From NCBI GenBank assembly GCA_046290465.1, contig JBKAGP010000001.1, positions 4,192,001-4,256,000 of the forward strand: a stretch of DNA of 64,000 bases, given 5' to 3'. The translations under genes were made by a program, and so were the position numbers. Origin of the DNA: Planctomycetota bacterium (lineage in GTDB: Bacteria; Planctomycetota; UBA1135; UBA2386). The notes under the pieces are model-generated. The model was not told the origin of the DNA, did not search any database, and saw only the letters and a list, made by a program, of their open reading frames with translations. Position 1 is the first letter of the stretch; every line of letters starts with the position of its first letter. Of this stretch, positions 1-9,978 are shown one piece after another.

Positions 1-128
1 ATGCCCGAGATCGCGTTGGAGCCGCTCATCAGCGGCGTGTGCAGCGTCGGGGGCACCTTCGTGATCAGCTCGAAGCCCAGCAGGGCCGCGATCACGAAGA
101 TGAAGATGATGGTGAAGTACTGTTCCAT
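1..128 (-). CDS. pntA: NAD(P) transhydrogenase alpha subunit, membrane part (split alpha-2), truncated by window edge
   Basis: Manual translation MEQYFTIIFIFVIAALLGFELITKVPPTLHTPLMSGSNAISG carries the LHTPLMS..NAISG motif; it directly follows the alpha-1 gene. Confidence 0.9.
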   Translation of the reverse strand, partial: MEQYFTIIFIFVIAALLGFELITKVPPTLHTPLMSGSNAISG

Positions 129-131
129 CGA

Positions 132-1262
132 TCAGCTCTCCAGGGCCTTGGCAGTGGGTTCGTGACGAACGGCGCCATCGTGCACGATGCTGACCGCACC
201 GAGGATCTCGCCCTCGATGTCGAACGTCATCGTGCCTTCCTTGTCGATGAACTCGCCGAGGAACGCAATCACGTTGCGCGCATACATGCGCGACGCGTCG
301 TTGGCGACCTGCGCCGGCAGGTTGGTGTCGCCGATGATCGTGACGCCGTCGACGACGACCGTCTCGTCCGGCTTGCTGCCGACGACGTTGCCGCCCTGGC
401 CGGCCGCCATGTCGACGATCACCGAGCCCGGCGCCATCGCCTTGCGCATCTCCTCGGTCACCAGCACCGGCGCCTTCCTGCCCGGCACCAGCGCGGTCGT
501 GATCAGCACGTCCGACGACGAGATGTGCTTGGTCAGGATCTCGCGCTGCTTCTTGAGGAACTCCTCGCCGGCCTCCTTGGCGTAGCCGCCGGAGGTCTCG
601 GCGTCCGGCGGCGAGCCGGTGTCGACGAACTTGCCGCCGAGCGACTCGACCTGCTCCTTGACCGCGGGGCGGATGTCGTTGGCCTCGACCACCGCGCCGA
701 GCTTCTTGGCGATCGAGATCGCCTGCAGGCCGGCGACGCCGGCGCCGAGCACCAGCACCTTGGCGGGCGTGATGGTGCCGGCAGCCGTCATCATCAGCGG
801 GAACATCTGCGGCAGGTTGACCGCCGCCAGCAGCACCGCCTGGTAGCCGCCGCAGCTCGCCTGCGAGCTGAGGATGTCCATCTTCTGCGCGCGGGTGATG
901 CGCGGCATGAACTCGAGGCCGATCGCGGTCACCTTCGCGTCGCGCAGCGCCTTGATCGAGTCGAGTGCGTTGCCCGGCGTCAGCGTGCAGACCAGCAGCG
1001 ATCCGGCCTTCTGCTGCGAACACAGCTCCGGCGTCGGGATCTGGATACCGAGCACGATGTCGGCCGAACCGCGAGCGGCGGCGTCGACCAAAGTCGCGCC
1101 CGCCTCCTCGAAGTCCTTGTCGGAGAAGCCTGCCGCGAGGCCAGCGCCTCGCTCTACCTGCACGGTCAGGGACAGCTTCTGCATGCCCTTGACGGTCTCG
1201 GGAATCGCAGCGACGCGCGTCTCGCCCGCCGCCGATTCCTTCGGCACGAAGATCACAACCAT
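132..1262 (-). CDS. pntA: NAD(P) transhydrogenase alpha subunit, NAD-binding part (alpha-1)
   Basis: VPKE..ETRVA, PRITRAQKMDILSSQ, GAGVAGL, GGYAKE and GGNV motifs; start placed at ATG 1262. Confidence 0.93.
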   Translation of the reverse strand: MVVIFVPKESAAGETRVAAIPETVKGMQKLSLTVQVERGAGLAAGFSDKDFEEAGATLVDAAARGSADIVLGIQIPTPELCSQQKAGSLLVCTLTPGNALDSIKALRDAKVTAIGLEFMPRITRAQKMDILSSQASCGGYQAVLLAAVNLPQMFPLMMTAAGTITPAKVLVLGAGVAGLQAISIAKKLGAVVEANDIRPAVKEQVESLGGKFVDTGSPPDAETSGGYAKEAGEEFLKKQREILTKHISSSDVLITTALVPGRKAPVLVTEEMRKAMAPGSVIVDMAAGQGGNVVGSKPDETVVVDGVTIIGDTNLPAQVANDASRMYARNVIAFLGEFIDKEGTMTFDIEGEILGAVSIVHDGAVRHEPTAKALES

Positions 1263-1463
1263 AGGGGTCCTTGCCTCGGTCCTTTCGCGGATGAAGTGCG
1301 ACAAGAGAAACAGAACCCGCCGCCGCGCGCCACGTGTTCCTACGGTGCCGCATCAATTCCGAACGCGACGCGCGTCGCCGGCCGAGGCACGCCCAGCGCC
1401 GCGCCGAATCCGTTGCGTTTTGTTACGGCACCGCACGAACACGAACGGCTAGTCTGGGCGCCC

Positions 1464-2330
1464 GTGAGAAGCTTCGTAGGTGATCTCGCGGATCGCATTC
1501 TCGGTGGCCAGGCACCGATCGTCATCGGACTCGACCCGCGCCTCTCGGCGTTCCCCGAACGTCTGCTCCCCGGCGCCGCGCCGGCGGCCCGCATCGTTGC
1601 GTTCTACCGTGAGGCGCTGCCCGTCATCGCCCGACACGCGCCGGCGGTGAAGCCCAACATCGCGTTCTTCGAGGCCTACGGTTCCGACGGCTACCGCGCC
1701 TACGAGGAGGTCTGCAAGCTCGCCCACGAGAACCAGCTGCTGATCGTCGGTGACGTCAAGCGCGGCGACATCGGCAGCACCGCCGAGGCATACGCCGAGG
1801 GCCACTTCCGCATCGCCGACTCGCTGACGCTGCACCCCTACCTCGGCAGCGACTCGGTGGCGCCGTTCCTCAAGTGGTGTCCCCGGGACGGCGGCGGCCG
1901 CGGCGTGTTCGTGCTGGTCCGCACGAGCAACCCCGGCGCCAAGGACCTCCAGGATCTGCGAATCGGTGACGAACCCCTCTGCGACAAGGTCGCGCGAGCG
2001 GTGAACGACTGGGGCGCCACGCTCGAGCAGGAGCACGGCTACCACGCGGTCGGTGCGGTGGTCGGCGCGACCTGGCCCGAAGAACTCGCCCGCCTGCGCC
2101 AACTCCTTCCCAATTCGTGGCTTCTGCTCCCGGGCGTCGGAGCCCAGAGGGGCAGGGTCGAGGACCTCGCGGCGGCGTTCGACGACCGCGGCCTCGGCGC
2201 CCTGGTCAACCAGAGCCGCGGCGTGATGCAGTGCTTCTCCCCGGCGAACGATGACTGGCTCGATCGTATCGAGCAGGCCTGCGCCACCTTCGCGGCCGAC
2301 TGCCGCGCCGTCGCCGTCCCCAACAGCTGA
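1464..2330 (+). CDS. pyrF: Orotidine-5'-phosphate decarboxylase
   Basis: IGLDP, KPNIAFFE, DVKRGDIGST, VRTSNPG, LLPGVGAQ, NQSRG; GTG start inferred. Confidence 0.92.
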   Translation: MRSFVGDLADRILGGQAPIVIGLDPRLSAFPERLLPGAAPAARIVAFYREALPVIARHAPAVKPNIAFFEAYGSDGYRAYEEVCKLAHENQLLIVGDVKRGDIGSTAEAYAEGHFRIADSLTLHPYLGSDSVAPFLKWCPRDGGGRGVFVLVRTSNPGAKDLQDLRIGDEPLCDKVARAVNDWGATLEQEHGYHAVGAVVGATWPEELARLRQLLPNSWLLLPGVGAQRGRVEDLAAAFDDRGLGALVNQSRGVMQCFSPANDDWLDRIEQACATFAADCRAVAVPNS

Positions 2331-2339
2331 GCCCCGCCC

Positions 2340-3911
2340 TTGCCTCCCCAAGTGACCTCGACCCTGCGCCACATCTCGTTCCGCCACCTCGGCACCTCGG
2401 AGGTCCACCAGCGCTTCCTCGAGGACGACCGCGACCTCGGCAACTTCCTCGGCATGCGGGCGCGCAACGTGGCCGAGCTGTTGAAGCGCGCGCCGACCGG
2501 GGCCGGGCGGGTGGTCCCGCGCGAACAGCTGGTCGCGTCGCTGCGCGCCTACGCCGAACGTCACGACGCGCCGCCCGAGGTCCTGGCCAACGTCGAGGCG
2601 CTGCTCGACCCGGAGACGCACGTGATCGTCACCGGCCAGCAGCCCGGTCTGCTCGGTGGCCCGCTGTTCTGTCTGCACAAGGCCGCTACCGCGATCCGGC
2701 TGTGCCGCGAGATCGAGGCGCAGGGCGGGCCGCGCTGCGTGCCGCTGTTCTGGAACCACAGCGACGACCACGATCTCGAGGAAGGCAACCGCGCGTTCCT
2801 GGTCAACCAGAACCAGGAGGTCCAGCGCTTCCGCCTCGACCTCACCCGACACAACGAGTCGCTGCGCAGGATCCACGTCGGTCGCGACGTCGAGCGCCTG
2901 GTCGAGGAGATCACGCCGCTGCTGCCGGAGACCGAGTTCCACCAGGGCGTCGTCGACACGATCACGCCCAAGCACCCGGACGACACGCTCGGCGACCTGC
3001 AGGCGCGCATGATGTTCGAGGTGTTCGGCCGCCACGGACTGATCGTGATCGAACCGCGCGACCTGCCCGACAGCGCGTTCGCGCCGCTCGAGCGCTGGTG
3101 GACCCGGTCCGAGGAGATCCGCGAGAAGGTCAAGCAGACCTGCGACGACCTGCACGACCTCGGCGTCGACATCACGCTCGACCCCGGCGCGACGATGATG
3201 TTCGCGATGAACGGCGACCGCCGCGAACCGCTGGCCGACGGCGAGGAGTTCGGCGAGCGCGGCAACCTGTCGCCGGGCGTGCTGCTCCGGCCGCTGTGGC
3301 AAGACGCGTGCCTGCCGACGATCGGCTTCGTGGTCGGCCCGGGCGAACTCAGCTACCTCGCCGCGGTCGCGCCGCTCTACCGCCTGCTCGGCGTGCCGCA
3401 GCCGGTGTTCGTGCCGCGCTCGTCGCTGACCTTGGTCGAACCGTCGATGCAGCGGCTGCTGCAGCGATTCGAGCTGGACCTGACCGACCTCGGCGAGACC
3501 CCCGAGCGGCTCGCCGAGAAGCTGCTGCAGAACGACGAGGAAGGCGGCGGCGACATCGAGGACCAGCTCGACGACGTCAAGCATCGCCTGCGCACCGAGC
3601 TCGAGAGCGTCGAGAAGAAGCTCAAGGCGCTCGACGCGTCGATGATGGGGGCGCTCGACCGCGCGCGCACCAAGTCGATCGAGGAGCTCGACCGCCTACA
3701 GAACAAGGTGCGCAACGCGCGGCAGAACCGCGAGGGCACCGGCATCAAGCAGCTGCGGCGGCTGTGCAACTCGCTGCGGCCGCGGGCGCGCATCCAGGAG
3801 CGCGTCTACGGGCCGGTGACCTACCTCAACGCCTACGGGCCGCGGCTGGCCGACGAGCTGATCACGGCGGCGGATCCGTTCCGGATCGAGCACGGGGTGC
3901 TCGAGCTGTGA
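2340..3911 (+). CDS. bshC: Bacillithiol biosynthesis cysteine-adding enzyme
   Basis: TGQQPGLLGGPL, FWNHSDDHD, SPGVLLRPLWQD..LPT, GPGELSYLA, coiled coil, QERV; clustered with bshA/bshB. Confidence 0.88.
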   Translation: MPPQVTSTLRHISFRHLGTSEVHQRFLEDDRDLGNFLGMRARNVAELLKRAPTGAGRVVPREQLVASLRAYAERHDAPPEVLANVEALLDPETHVIVTGQQPGLLGGPLFCLHKAATAIRLCREIEAQGGPRCVPLFWNHSDDHDLEEGNRAFLVNQNQEVQRFRLDLTRHNESLRRIHVGRDVERLVEEITPLLPETEFHQGVVDTITPKHPDDTLGDLQARMMFEVFGRHGLIVIEPRDLPDSAFAPLERWWTRSEEIREKVKQTCDDLHDLGVDITLDPGATMMFAMNGDRREPLADGEEFGERGNLSPGVLLRPLWQDACLPTIGFVVGPGELSYLAAVAPLYRLLGVPQPVFVPRSSLTLVEPSMQRLLQRFELDLTDLGETPERLAEKLLQNDEEGGGDIEDQLDDVKHRLRTELESVEKKLKALDASMMGALDRARTKSIEELDRLQNKVRNARQNREGTGIKQLRRLCNSLRPRARIQERVYGPVTYLNAYGPRLADELITAADPFRIEHGVLEL

Positions 3912-4636
3912 GTCGGTTCGATGCGTCGGCGCTGCCGCAGTGCGACGTGCTCGCGTTCGGGCCGCACCCGGACGACGTCGAGATCGGCTGCGGCGGCACG
4001 CTGCTGCTGATGAAGCAGGCCGGCATGAAGGTCGCGATCGTCGACTGCACGCGCGGCGAGATGGGCTCGCGCGGCACCGCCGCCGACCGCGACGCCGAGG
4101 CCGCGGCCGCGGCCAAGGCGCTCGGCCTCGACGCGCGCGGCAACCTCGGCCTGAAGGACACCGGCATCCGCGACGACGACGCGTCGACCGACCTGGTGGT
4201 CGCGGCGATGCGCGCGGTGCGGCCGAAGGTCGTGTTCGCTCCGCACGAGCGCGACGTGCACCCCGACCACACCAACGCCGCCAAGCTCGTCGGCCGCGCG
4301 CACTTCCTCGCCGGCCTGCGCAACTACCGCCCGGAGCTCGGAGCGGCGCACCGCGCGCAGACCTTGTTGCGCTACCCCGGCAACCAGCTGGTCGAACCGA
4401 CATTCGTGGTCGACATCTCGTCGGTCGCCGACCAGAAGGTCGACGTCGTGCGCTGTTACGCCTCGCAGATCGCCCCCGACGAGAAGGGCCACCTGGTGCA
4501 GGGGCTCGACTTGTTCGACCGCACGGTCGTTCGGCAGCGCGCGATGGGGGCGATGGTCGCCGCAGTCGCCGGCGAGGGCTTCTGCCACGACGGGCCCATC
4601 AAGGTGTCGGACCTCGGCTGGCTGATCGGCGGCTAA
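3908..4636 (+). CDS. bshB1: N-acetylglucosaminyl-malate deacetylase (PIG-L family)
   Basis: FGPHPDDVEIGCGGT, TRGEMGSRG, HPDH, YASQ; GTGA overlap with the bshC stop. Confidence 0.88.
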   Translation: MSRFDASALPQCDVLAFGPHPDDVEIGCGGTLLLMKQAGMKVAIVDCTRGEMGSRGTAADRDAEAAAAAKALGLDARGNLGLKDTGIRDDDASTDLVVAAMRAVRPKVVFAPHERDVHPDHTNAAKLVGRAHFLAGLRNYRPELGAAHRAQTLLRYPGNQLVEPTFVVDISSVADQKVDVVRCYASQIAPDEKGHLVQGLDLFDRTVVRQRAMGAMVAAVAGEGFCHDGPIKVSDLGWLIGG

Positions 4637-4669
4637 ACGAACGGCCAACCAGCGGCATACGCTCGAACC

Positions 4670-5182
4670 ATGCTACGGAAGGCAGCGGTGGTCGTGCTAT
4701 TCGGATCGTGCACCGTGCTCCAAACCGCGGATCCCACGGCGCCCGTCGCGCTCGCGACCGTCCCCCAGATCGCCTCGCTGGAGCTCGCCGATTCGCTGAT
4801 CGCTTCGGGCGACGCCGACGCGCGGGCCCGCGGCTACGCGATGCGCTCGCTGCTGCACGTCGACGGCTCCGACCACCTGTTCCGCATGTCGGGGTCCATG
4901 GCCACGTCTGAATGGTGGCCGCTGCTGCCGTTCGGGCTCGTCTACGACACGCTCTGCATGCCGGCGCAGTGGTGGCACCATCTGCGCGTGACCGACATCC
5001 ATCGCGCCCGGGCCTCGCGGGACGTCGACGAGGCCCGCAGGCTCGGCGCGCGGTGCGACGAGCACGGCAACCTCCGACTGTTCGACCGCACCTTCGTGCC
5101 GATCGCAAGACGACCTACTACGTTCCGGCCGACGCCGGCCGACGCATCCGGTAGCGCGGCAGCGACACCCCACCCCGCGTGA
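4670..5182 (+). CDS. Hypothetical lipoprotein (weak YceK/YidQ-like motif)
   Basis: Signal-like N-terminus ending LFGSC; LPFGLVYDTLCMP segment; 3' end overlaps the GNAT gene. Confidence 0.45.
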   Translation: MLRKAAVVVLFGSCTVLQTADPTAPVALATVPQIASLELADSLIASGDADARARGYAMRSLLHVDGSDHLFRMSGSMATSEWWPLLPFGLVYDTLCMPAQWWHHLRVTDIHRARASRDVDEARRLGARCDEHGNLRLFDRTFVPIARRPTTFRPTPADASGSAAATPHPA

Positions 5183-5591
5183 CCACCTCGCGCTCGACGA
5201 CCACATACCCCTGCCGCTCGAAGAACGGCCGCGCCACCTCGCTCGCCTCGGTGTAGAGCCCCGTCACCCCCAGCTCGCGCAGCGCCGCCACCACCTCGTC
5301 GTGCAGCCGCGTCGCGACGCCGCGCCGCGCGTGGTCGGGGGACGTGTAGAGGAAGTCGACGTGGCCGTCGGATTCGAAGCCGACGAAGCCGAGCAGGTCG
5401 CCCTGGTCCTCGGCGAGCAGCACGGTCATCGTGGAGAACCGCGCGCGGAACCGTTCGTGGTCCGGCTCGGCCGGTGCCCAGGCTTCGCGCTGCTCCGGGT
5501 CGTAGTGCGGCGCGCCGAGCGCGTGCACCGAACGGGTGAACAACTCGGTGACCCGCTGCAGATCGGCTTCGACGTATCGGCGCACGCGCAT
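5118..5591 (-). CDS. GNAT family N-acetyltransferase
   Basis: LYTSPDHARRGVATRL and TEASEVARPFFERQGY motifs. Confidence 0.85.
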   Translation of the reverse strand: MRVRRYVEADLQRVTELFTRSVHALGAPHYDPEQREAWAPAEPDHERFRARFSTMTVLLAEDQGDLLGFVGFESDGHVDFLYTSPDHARRGVATRLHDEVVAALRELGVTGLYTEASEVARPFFERQGYVVVEREVVTRGGVSLPRYRMRRPASAGT

Positions 5592-5709
5592 GGGCCCGGT
5601 CTACCCGTTCTGCGGTCGCAAAGGGGCTCGAAGATGCCTGATGACACCGGATTCACGCTCGCACCGGCACGCGTTGTCCGCCAACATGCGGGGACCAGGG
5701 AGGCTCCTC

Positions 5710-6579
5710 ATGAAGCGCATCGCGGTCATCAATCAGAAAGGTGGCGTCGGCAAGACGACCACGACGGTCAATCTCGGCGCCGCGCTCGCGCACCACGGTC
5801 GGAAGACGCTACTGCTCGATCTCGACCCGCAGGCGAACATGACGGTGCACGTCGACAAGCGCCCCGACCTCGAGAGCGACACGCTCACCAACCTGCTGAT
5901 CGACGACACGCCGCTCAACGAACTGATCCAGTCGACCTCGCTCGAGAACCTGTTCGTGGTGCCGAGCGACACGTCGCTGGCGGGGGTCGAGCAGGTGCTG
6001 GCCAACCGCATCGGCCGGGAGACGATCCTGCGCCAGGCGCTGGCCAACGCCAAGGCCGACGACCGCTTCGACTTCGTGCTGTTCGACTGCCCGCCGTCGC
6101 TAGGCGTGCTGAGCGCCAACGCGCTGGTCGCGGCCGACTACGTCGTGATCCCGATGCAGGCCGAGTACCTGTCGCTGCAGGGCATGGCCAAGCTGCTCGA
6201 GGTCATCGATCTGGTGCAGAAGCAGCTCAACCCCAACCTGCAGATCGCCTGCGTGCTGCCGTGCATGCTCGACTCGCGCACCAACCTGAGTGCCGAGGTG
6301 CTGCACGAGATCGAGGCGCACTTCGGCAAGCTGCTGACCGAGACGCGCATCCGCAACAACGTCAAGCTGGCCGAGGCGCCGAGCTTCGGGCGAACGATCT
6401 TCGAGCACGCGCCCGACAGCAACGGTGCCAAGGACTATGCCGCGTTCGGCCTCGAGTTCCTGGCGATGATCGGCGAGGCCGCTGCGCCGGTCGCCGAGGA
6501 GGACGTCAGCGAGGACCCGGAGCTGGTCGAGCGTCCGGGCGAGCCGCCGGCGACCGCCGAGGCCGAAGCGGACGCCTGA
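5710..6579 (+). CDS. parA: ParA/Soj family ATPase
   Basis: NQKGGVGKTTT deviant Walker A, DLDPQAN, DCPPSLG, LAEAPSFG; no parB adjacent. Confidence 0.9.
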   Translation: MKRIAVINQKGGVGKTTTTVNLGAALAHHGRKTLLLDLDPQANMTVHVDKRPDLESDTLTNLLIDDTPLNELIQSTSLENLFVVPSDTSLAGVEQVLANRIGRETILRQALANAKADDRFDFVLFDCPPSLGVLSANALVAADYVVIPMQAEYLSLQGMAKLLEVIDLVQKQLNPNLQIACVLPCMLDSRTNLSAEVLHEIEAHFGKLLTETRIRNNVKLAEAPSFGRTIFEHAPDSNGAKDYAAFGLEFLAMIGEAAAPVAEEDVSEDPELVERPGEPPATAEAEADA

Positions 6580-6649
6580 GGGTCGGGCCGCGCGATTTCG
6601 CGACGGCGACTCATCCTGGGGCCGGGGAACGGTCGATAGCGCCGATGCC

Positions 6650-7258
6650 ATGGCGCACGACGATCCCGACCTCGAGAAGCTGACTGCGATGCTCCAGCAG
6701 TGCCTGGGCCGCATCGACGAAGAGGCCTACCGCCTGCAGGATGCGGCGGCGGACACCTTCGACTTCGGCGAGGTCGACCGCCTGGACGAGGTCACGGCGG
6801 ACCTGCAGCAGCTGATCGACTCGCTGCTGGTCGTCGACATGGGCGACGACGAGGCCGACGTCAACCAGGTCGTCGAGCGGGTCGCCGACGCGTGCCTGCA
6901 GCGCATCGAGGTGCCGATCGTGCAGCGGCTGGAGCTGTGCCCGGAGGCCGCGCGGGTCGCCGTGCCAACGGCGCTGGTCACGGTCGCGGTGCAGCGCGCG
7001 ATGGACCTGGCGACCGATCCGCTGGGGCCCGGTGACGAGATCCACCTGATCACGCGGGTCGAGCACGACGCGGTGGTGTTCGAGGTCGAGAGCCACGGCA
7101 GCCACCCGATCGAGGCCGCCGACGAACGCGCCGAGACGCTGCGCGACTTCGTCGCGGGGTTCGGCGGCGGCTGCACCGTGCGCAGCGAGCGCGAGGACCT
7201 GTTCCTGGTGCTCGAACTGCCACAAGTGATGGCGACCGACCGGAGCGATCGGGCCTGA
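6650..7258 (+). CDS. Hypothetical protein resembling a degenerate histidine-kinase ATPase fold
   Basis: DVNQVV..., VVFEVESHG, FVAGFGGGCTVRS..FLVLELP pattern without N/G boxes. Confidence 0.5.
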   Translation: MAHDDPDLEKLTAMLQQCLGRIDEEAYRLQDAAADTFDFGEVDRLDEVTADLQQLIDSLLVVDMGDDEADVNQVVERVADACLQRIEVPIVQRLELCPEAARVAVPTALVTVAVQRAMDLATDPLGPGDEIHLITRVEHDAVVFEVESHGSHPIEAADERAETLRDFVAGFGGGCTVRSEREDLFLVLELPQVMATDRSDRA

Positions 7259-7277
7259 TTGTCGTAGGATCCGCACC

Positions 7278-8381
7278 ATGCGGATCGGCATCGTCTGTTA
7301 CCCCACGGTCGGCGGCAGTGGCGTCGTCGCGACCGAGATGGCCATGGCGCTGGCAGCGCGCGGCCACGAGGCGCACCTGCTCAGCTACGACCGACCCGGA
7401 CGGCTGCGCGGCGGCATCCCGGGTCTGCGCTTCCACGAGGTCGCGGTGTCGGCGTATCCGCTGTTCCGCTACCCGCCGTACGACCTGGCGCTCGCGACCC
7501 GCATGCTGGAGGTGCGCGAGGAGGCCGGCGTCGACCTGTTCCACGTGCACTACGCGATCCCGCACGCGGTCAGCGCGTTCCTGGCGCGCAGCATGTGCGG
7601 CGGCGACCTCAAGTTCGTGACGACGCTGCACGGCACCGACATCACCGTCGTCGGCAGCGACCGCAGCTACCTGCGGCCGACCCGCTTCGCGCTCGAGCAG
7701 TCCGACGCGATCACGTCGGTCAGTCAGTATCTCGCCGACGAGACCCACTTGATGTTCGGTGTCAAAAGAGACGTCGACGTGGTGCACAACTTCGTCGACA
7801 CCGAGCGCTTCAAGCCGCGCGACCACAAGCCGTGGCACCAGCGCGAGGACGAGGAGCGGATCCTGGTGCACGCGTCCAACTTTCGGCCCGTCAAGAGAGT
7901 GGCGGACGTGGTGCGCGCGTTCGCCGAGATCAACAAGCAGATCCCGGCGCGCCTGCTGCTGCTCGGCGACGGCCCCGACCGCGAACACGCGCTCGCGGTC
8001 GCGACCGACCTCGGCTGCAGCAACCGCGTCGAGCACCTCGGCATGCGCGGCGACCTCGAAGAACTGCTGCCGCAGGCGGACCTTTTCTTGTCGGCCTCGC
8101 AGACCGAGAGCTTCGGCCTGTCGATGCTCGAGGCGATGAGCTGCGGCGTGCCGTGCGTCAGCAGCGACGTCGGCGGCGTCGCCGAGGTCGTGGGTGACAC
8201 CGGCCGGCTGGTGCCGCTGAGCGATCCCGAGGCGATGGCGCGCGCGGCCGTCGCCGTGCTGACGGATGCGAAGACCTACGACGCGCTGGCAACGGGCGCC
8301 CGAGCGCGCGCGATCGAGAACTTCACGACCGATCGCATCGTCGCGCAGTACGAAGGCATCTACGAGCGTGTGCTGAGTTGA
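7278..8381 (+). CDS. bshA: N-acetyl-alpha-D-glucosaminyl L-malate synthase (GT4)
   Basis: CYPTVGGSGVVATE, HVHYAIPHA, TTLHGTDIT, SNFRPVKRV, ESFGL. Confidence 0.93.
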   Translation: MRIGIVCYPTVGGSGVVATEMAMALAARGHEAHLLSYDRPGRLRGGIPGLRFHEVAVSAYPLFRYPPYDLALATRMLEVREEAGVDLFHVHYAIPHAVSAFLARSMCGGDLKFVTTLHGTDITVVGSDRSYLRPTRFALEQSDAITSVSQYLADETHLMFGVKRDVDVVHNFVDTERFKPRDHKPWHQREDEERILVHASNFRPVKRVADVVRAFAEINKQIPARLLLLGDGPDREHALAVATDLGCSNRVEHLGMRGDLEELLPQADLFLSASQTESFGLSMLEAMSCGVPCVSSDVGGVAEVVGDTGRLVPLSDPEAMARAAVAVLTDAKTYDALATGARARAIENFTTDRIVAQYEGIYERVLS

Positions 8382-9502
8382 GCGGCGACGACCGAGGTCC
8401 CTGGTTCTGCGACGCCAACGCCGGCGCTCCGGTGCTGCCCGAGGTGCTCGACGAGTTCTGCGCGGTCGAGCGCCGCTGCCCCGCCAACCCGGCGAGCGCG
8501 CACACGGCCGGCCGACGCGCGCGCGGCGAACTCGAGCAGGCGCGCGAACGGATCGCCGCAGCGCTGCGGGTTACGTCCAACGACGTACTGTTCACGAGCG
8601 GCGGTACCGAGGCTGCCAACCTGGCGGTGCGCGGCCTCGGCGATGCCACGCTGCCGGTGCTGCTCGGCGACCTCGAGCACCCGGCCGTGCGCGAGGCGGC
8701 GGCGCAGCGCGGCGCCCTCTCGTGGCAGGTCGACGCAAGTGGCGCGGTGATCGTCACCGAGCCCGACCGGCCGATCGGCCTGGTCGCACTGGTGCACGCG
8801 CAGAGCGAGGTCGGCACCTTGCAACCGGTGATCCAGGCTGCCGAGATCGCGCGTACCCGTGCTGTCCCGTTGTTGGTCGACGCAGCGCAATCGCTCGGAC
8901 GCGTCGCGCTCGACGACGTGTTCGCTGCGGGCGCCGTGACGGCGCTGTCGCCGCACAAGGCCGGTGGCCTGCGTGGACACGGCGTGCTCGCCGGGAGCGG
9001 ACTACACGGCCTGCTGCGACCGCTGATGCACGGCGGTGGTCAGGAGCTCGGCTTGCGACCCGGTACGCAGAGCCCGGCACTCGCGGCGGCCAACGCACTC
9101 GCGATCGAACTCGCGGTGCGGACGTGCGCGACGCGCGCGGCCACGATGCGCGACAACCGCGCGGCGTTTCTTGACGCGTTGCGTACCACCGGCTGCGAAC
9201 ACCGCATCTTGACGCCGCTCGAGCACAGCATCGCGAACACCGCGATGGTGTGCTTCGTCGACGTCGACGGCAGGAACCTGCTGCCGGCGCTCGACCTCGC
9301 CGGCGTGCAGGCCTCGCACGGCTCCGCGTGTTCTTCGGGTTCGCCGACGCCGCCTCGCATCTTGACTTCGATGGCGATCGAAGAGTCGCTCGCGCGCGCG
9401 TGCGTGCGCTTCAGTTTCGACTGGTTCGAACGAGGCGAAGCATGCGCGCAGGTCGGGCGCGTGGTCGGTGACGTGGTCCTACGCTTGCGCAAAAAAAAGT
9501 AG
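8378..9502 (+). CDS. Cysteine desulfurase (IscS/NifS-like, PLP)
   Basis: NPASAH, FTSGGTEA, DAAQ, SPHK (PLP lysine), SHGSACSSG (catalytic Cys). Confidence 0.85.
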   Translation: MSGDDRGPWFCDANAGAPVLPEVLDEFCAVERRCPANPASAHTAGRRARGELEQARERIAAALRVTSNDVLFTSGGTEAANLAVRGLGDATLPVLLGDLEHPAVREAAAQRGALSWQVDASGAVIVTEPDRPIGLVALVHAQSEVGTLQPVIQAAEIARTRAVPLLVDAAQSLGRVALDDVFAAGAVTALSPHKAGGLRGHGVLAGSGLHGLLRPLMHGGGQELGLRPGTQSPALAAANALAIELAVRTCATRAATMRDNRAAFLDALRTTGCEHRILTPLEHSIANTAMVCFVDVDGRNLLPALDLAGVQASHGSACSSGSPTPPRILTSMAIEESLARACVRFSFDWFERGEACAQVGRVVGDVVLRLRKKK

Positions 9503-9978
9503 CCGCACACGACGCTGCGACGCGCACCTCGGTGGAAGCATCCAAGTCGTTGTTCTTCCCCCGTAGGACGTTCAGAACTCATCAAGACAGTGTGGGGAAC
9601 GACCCACGCGCGGCGCCGCAAACTTGGCCGTGCAGTCTTGCAACACCCGTTGAGGTCGTTAGAAACGGACCCGTCAGTCGCGAGCGGTTCGCGACGGCTT
9701 GCCTGGCCGTCCTGATCGTTCGTGCGCGTTCCCGAAGCGGCTTGCCTGGCTGCATCTGTGACGCGTTCGTCAGCCCTCTCGTCTCAACAACCAAGGAACA
9801 CTCCCCACGCTCGACCGGCAAGCCCAGGTGCTCGGTCAGCAGTTGTGAAGGACATCCGACAACCCAACCCGCCACCGGTCTGTACGCAGCCAAGCCAGAC
9901 TGCAGCCGACGCGCCTGCCTAGCGCCCGCCAGATCGTTACCCGCAACCACCGACACCAGAAGCCCCGACCCGACACCC

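Noticed and set aside
9491..9498. A8 homopolymer as a phase-variation tract
   Set aside because: It lies in the last three codons (KKK) of the desulfurase, so slippage would barely alter the protein
9532..9978. 149-aa N-terminal extension of DnaA in the ORF track
   Set aside because: Composition looks non-coding; more likely promoter/origin DNA
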